Below, one piece after another: positions 61,555 through 64,000 of a DNA stretch of 64,000 nt (positions are counted from its first letter, which is position 1; every line of letters begins with the position of its first letter). The notes below the pieces were generated by a model. The model saw only the letters and a list, made by a program, of their open reading frames with translations. It ran no database searches and was not told where the DNA came from. A program made the translations under genes and the position numbers. This stretch comes from Mobula hypostoma (Eukaryota). Location: the NCBI RefSeq assembly GCF_963921235.1, contig NC_086107.1, positions 93,126,001 through 93,190,000 on the forward strand. The letters are read 5' to 3'.

Positions 61555-64000
61555 TGGACTATTTTTTCATGTGGCTCCAAGTACTCTGAAAATACATCCT
61601 TAACAATTGACTCCAACATCTTCCCAAATATTGAGGTCAGACTAACTGGCCAATAACTTCCTTCCTTCTGCATTTCTCCCTTTTTGAAGAATAGAGTGAA
61701 AGAATAGAATAGAATATAGAATACTAATACCTCCACAAACACTTCAGCCACCTTTGTCAGAACCCTGGGGTTTAGACCTTCTGGTCCAGTGATTTAGCTA
61801 CCTTTAGACCTTTCAGTTTCCCAAGCACCTTCTCCCTTGTAATGGCAATTTCACTCACTTCTGTCCCCTGACACTCTTGAACTTCCAGCACACTGCTTGT
61901 GTCTTCCAGTGAAGACATTTGCAAAATACTTATTCAGATCATCTATCATTTCCCATTACTACCTTTCCAGCATCATTTTCCATTGGTTAGATATCTACTC
62001 TTGCCTCTCTTTTACACATTATATATCTGAAAAAAACTTTAGGTATCCTCTTTAATATTACTGGCTAGCTTACCATCATATTCCATCTTTTCCCTCTTTA
62101 TGGCTTTTTAAAAACTTGCCTTCTGTTGGTTTTTAAAACTTCCCAATCCTCTAACTTACTACTAATTTTAGCTTTATTAAATGCCCTCTCTTTTGCTTTT
62201 CTGTTGTTTTTGACTTCTCTTGTCAGCTACAGTTATGTCATCCTGCCTTTAGAATACTTTCTCTTCTTTGGGATGTATCTATCCTGTGCCTTCCAAATTC
62301 CTTCAAGAAACTCCAGCCATTGCAGTTTTTCTGTCATCGCCGCTAGTGTCCCCTTCAAATTAACATTGGCCAGCCCCTCTGTCATGCCTCTGTAATTCCC
62401 TTTACTCCACTATAATATTAACTTTAGCTTCTCCCTCTCAAATTGCAGGGTGAATTCTATCATATTATGATCACTGCCTCCTCGGGGTTCCTTTACCTTA
62501 AGGTCTCTCGTCAATTCTGGTTCATCACACAACACCCAATCCAGAATAGCTGATCCCCTAGTGGGCTCAACCGTGAGCTGCTGTAAAAAGCCAGCTTGTA
62601 GGAATTCTACAAGTTTCCCCTCTTGGAATCTAGCACCAATCCAATTTTCCCAACCTACCTGTATATTGAACTCTCCATGCCTATCATAAAATTGCCCTTT
62701 TGACATGCATTTTCTATCTTCCCTTGTAATTTGTAGCCCACATCTTTGCTGCTGTTCAGAGGTCTGTATATAACTCCCATCAGGGTCATTTTACCCTTGC
62801 AGTTTCTTAGCTCTAGCTACAATGATTCTATGTCACTTCTTGCTAATGAATTGATTTCATTTTTTTTTACCAACAGAGGCATCCCACCCCTTCTGGCTAC
62901 CTGCCTGGCCCTTTAATACAATGCTTATCCTCAAAAGTTAAGCTCAAAACTGTAGTCACTTTCAGCCATGATTTAGTGATACCCACAACATCATATATGC
63001 CAATCTGTAACTGTGCTACAAGTTCATCTACCTTATTCCATACACTGCATGCATTCAAATATAGCACCTTCAGTCTTGTATTCCCCTTTTTCAAATTTGT
63101 CTGCCTTTTACATTGCAACTCATCCTCTTGACTGCAATTTTGACATATCATCTGCACTCTTTGCTAGCAGTCTCACTCCACACTACATCTGTTTGTAAAT
63201 CAACTTGCCCCATCCTCAGCCCTACCACTCTGGTTTCCATCCATTCCAGTTTAAACCCTTCCGAACAACTCTATCAAACTTGCCCATGAGGATAGTTGTC
63301 CCTCCAGGGGTCAGGTGTAACTCATCCGTTTTGTACAGATGGTACCTTCTCCAGAAGAAATCCAAAAGATCCTGAAATCTGAACCCCTCCCCCGGCACCA
63401 TTTCCTCAGCCACACACTTATCTGCCAAATGCTCCTATTCTTATCTTCACTGGCACATGAGGCAGGCAGCAATCCATAGATTACTACCCTGAAGGTCTAG
63501 CTTTTCAGTTTTCTACCTAGCTCCCTAAAATTTCTCTTCAGGACCTCCTTGGCTTTCCAATCTCTGTTATTGATACCAATATATACAAAGACTTTTGACT
63601 GCTCACCCTCCCTCTTTAGAATGCGCATGGACTTGTTCCAAGACATCCCTGACTCTGGCATCTGGGAGGCAACATACCATTCAGGTGTCTCTATCCCCTC
63701 CATAGAATCTCTGCTCTGTTCCTCTAACTATGGAATCTCCTGTCACCATTACAGTCCCCTTCACTTCCCTTCTCTTCTGAGCCACAACCACAAAATCAGT
63801 GCCAGGGACCCAGTCACTATGGCTCCCCCTAGTAGGACATACCCCACAACAATATCCAAAGTGGCATACTTATTATTAAAGGGAAAGGCCACAGGTGTAC
63901 TCTGCACTGGCTGTGCATTTCCTTCCTTCTCCTGACATTCACGCAGTTACCTGGCTCCTGCAGCCTAGAGGTGACTACCACCCAGTGTGTGGTTGTGGAT

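Larger units (their letters stand above)
58635..63995 (-). mobile_element. Near full-length decayed CR1 (ORF1 esterase, endonuclease, RT, 3'UTR) carrying nested inserts
   Basis: ORF1 YIGIN..DELHL, LYLNACSV, PTRGSAILDWVL, GSDHNMIEF and RT motifs. 3'UTR at 58635-58992. Confidence 0.9.

Noticed and set aside
61155..61751. 198-aa ORF that looks like a novel RT-related protein
   Set aside because: Chance in-frame fusion of an old CR1 with a nested young CR1 3' end and its tail.

Overview
Repeat-dense vertebrate genomic DNA. The repeat content (CR1 LINEs with an SGNH-esterase ORF1, Rex1/Babar LINEs, Penelope-like elements, HE1-like V-SINEs, Deu-SINE relics) points to a cartilaginous fish, probably a ray; this is an inference from recalled family motifs. 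No host protein-coding exon is recognisable. Every ORF I can assign is a decayed transposon frame or comes from low-complexity sequence, and there are no prokaryotic features. The main non-repeat feature is a CpG-rich, TE-free island at about 14.6-17.6 kb with an RE1/NRSE-like site, CRE-like motifs and splice donors, consistent with the 5' end of a neuronal gene with long introns. Other signals worth attention: minimal hammerhead-ribozyme motifs in Penelope termini and palindromic derivatives of those termini, modular SINEs with swapped tails, an inverted locally templated insertion, a perfect 158-bp tandem duplication, and several multi-layer nested insertions. TE boundaries are approximate unless a TSD or TIR is quoted.
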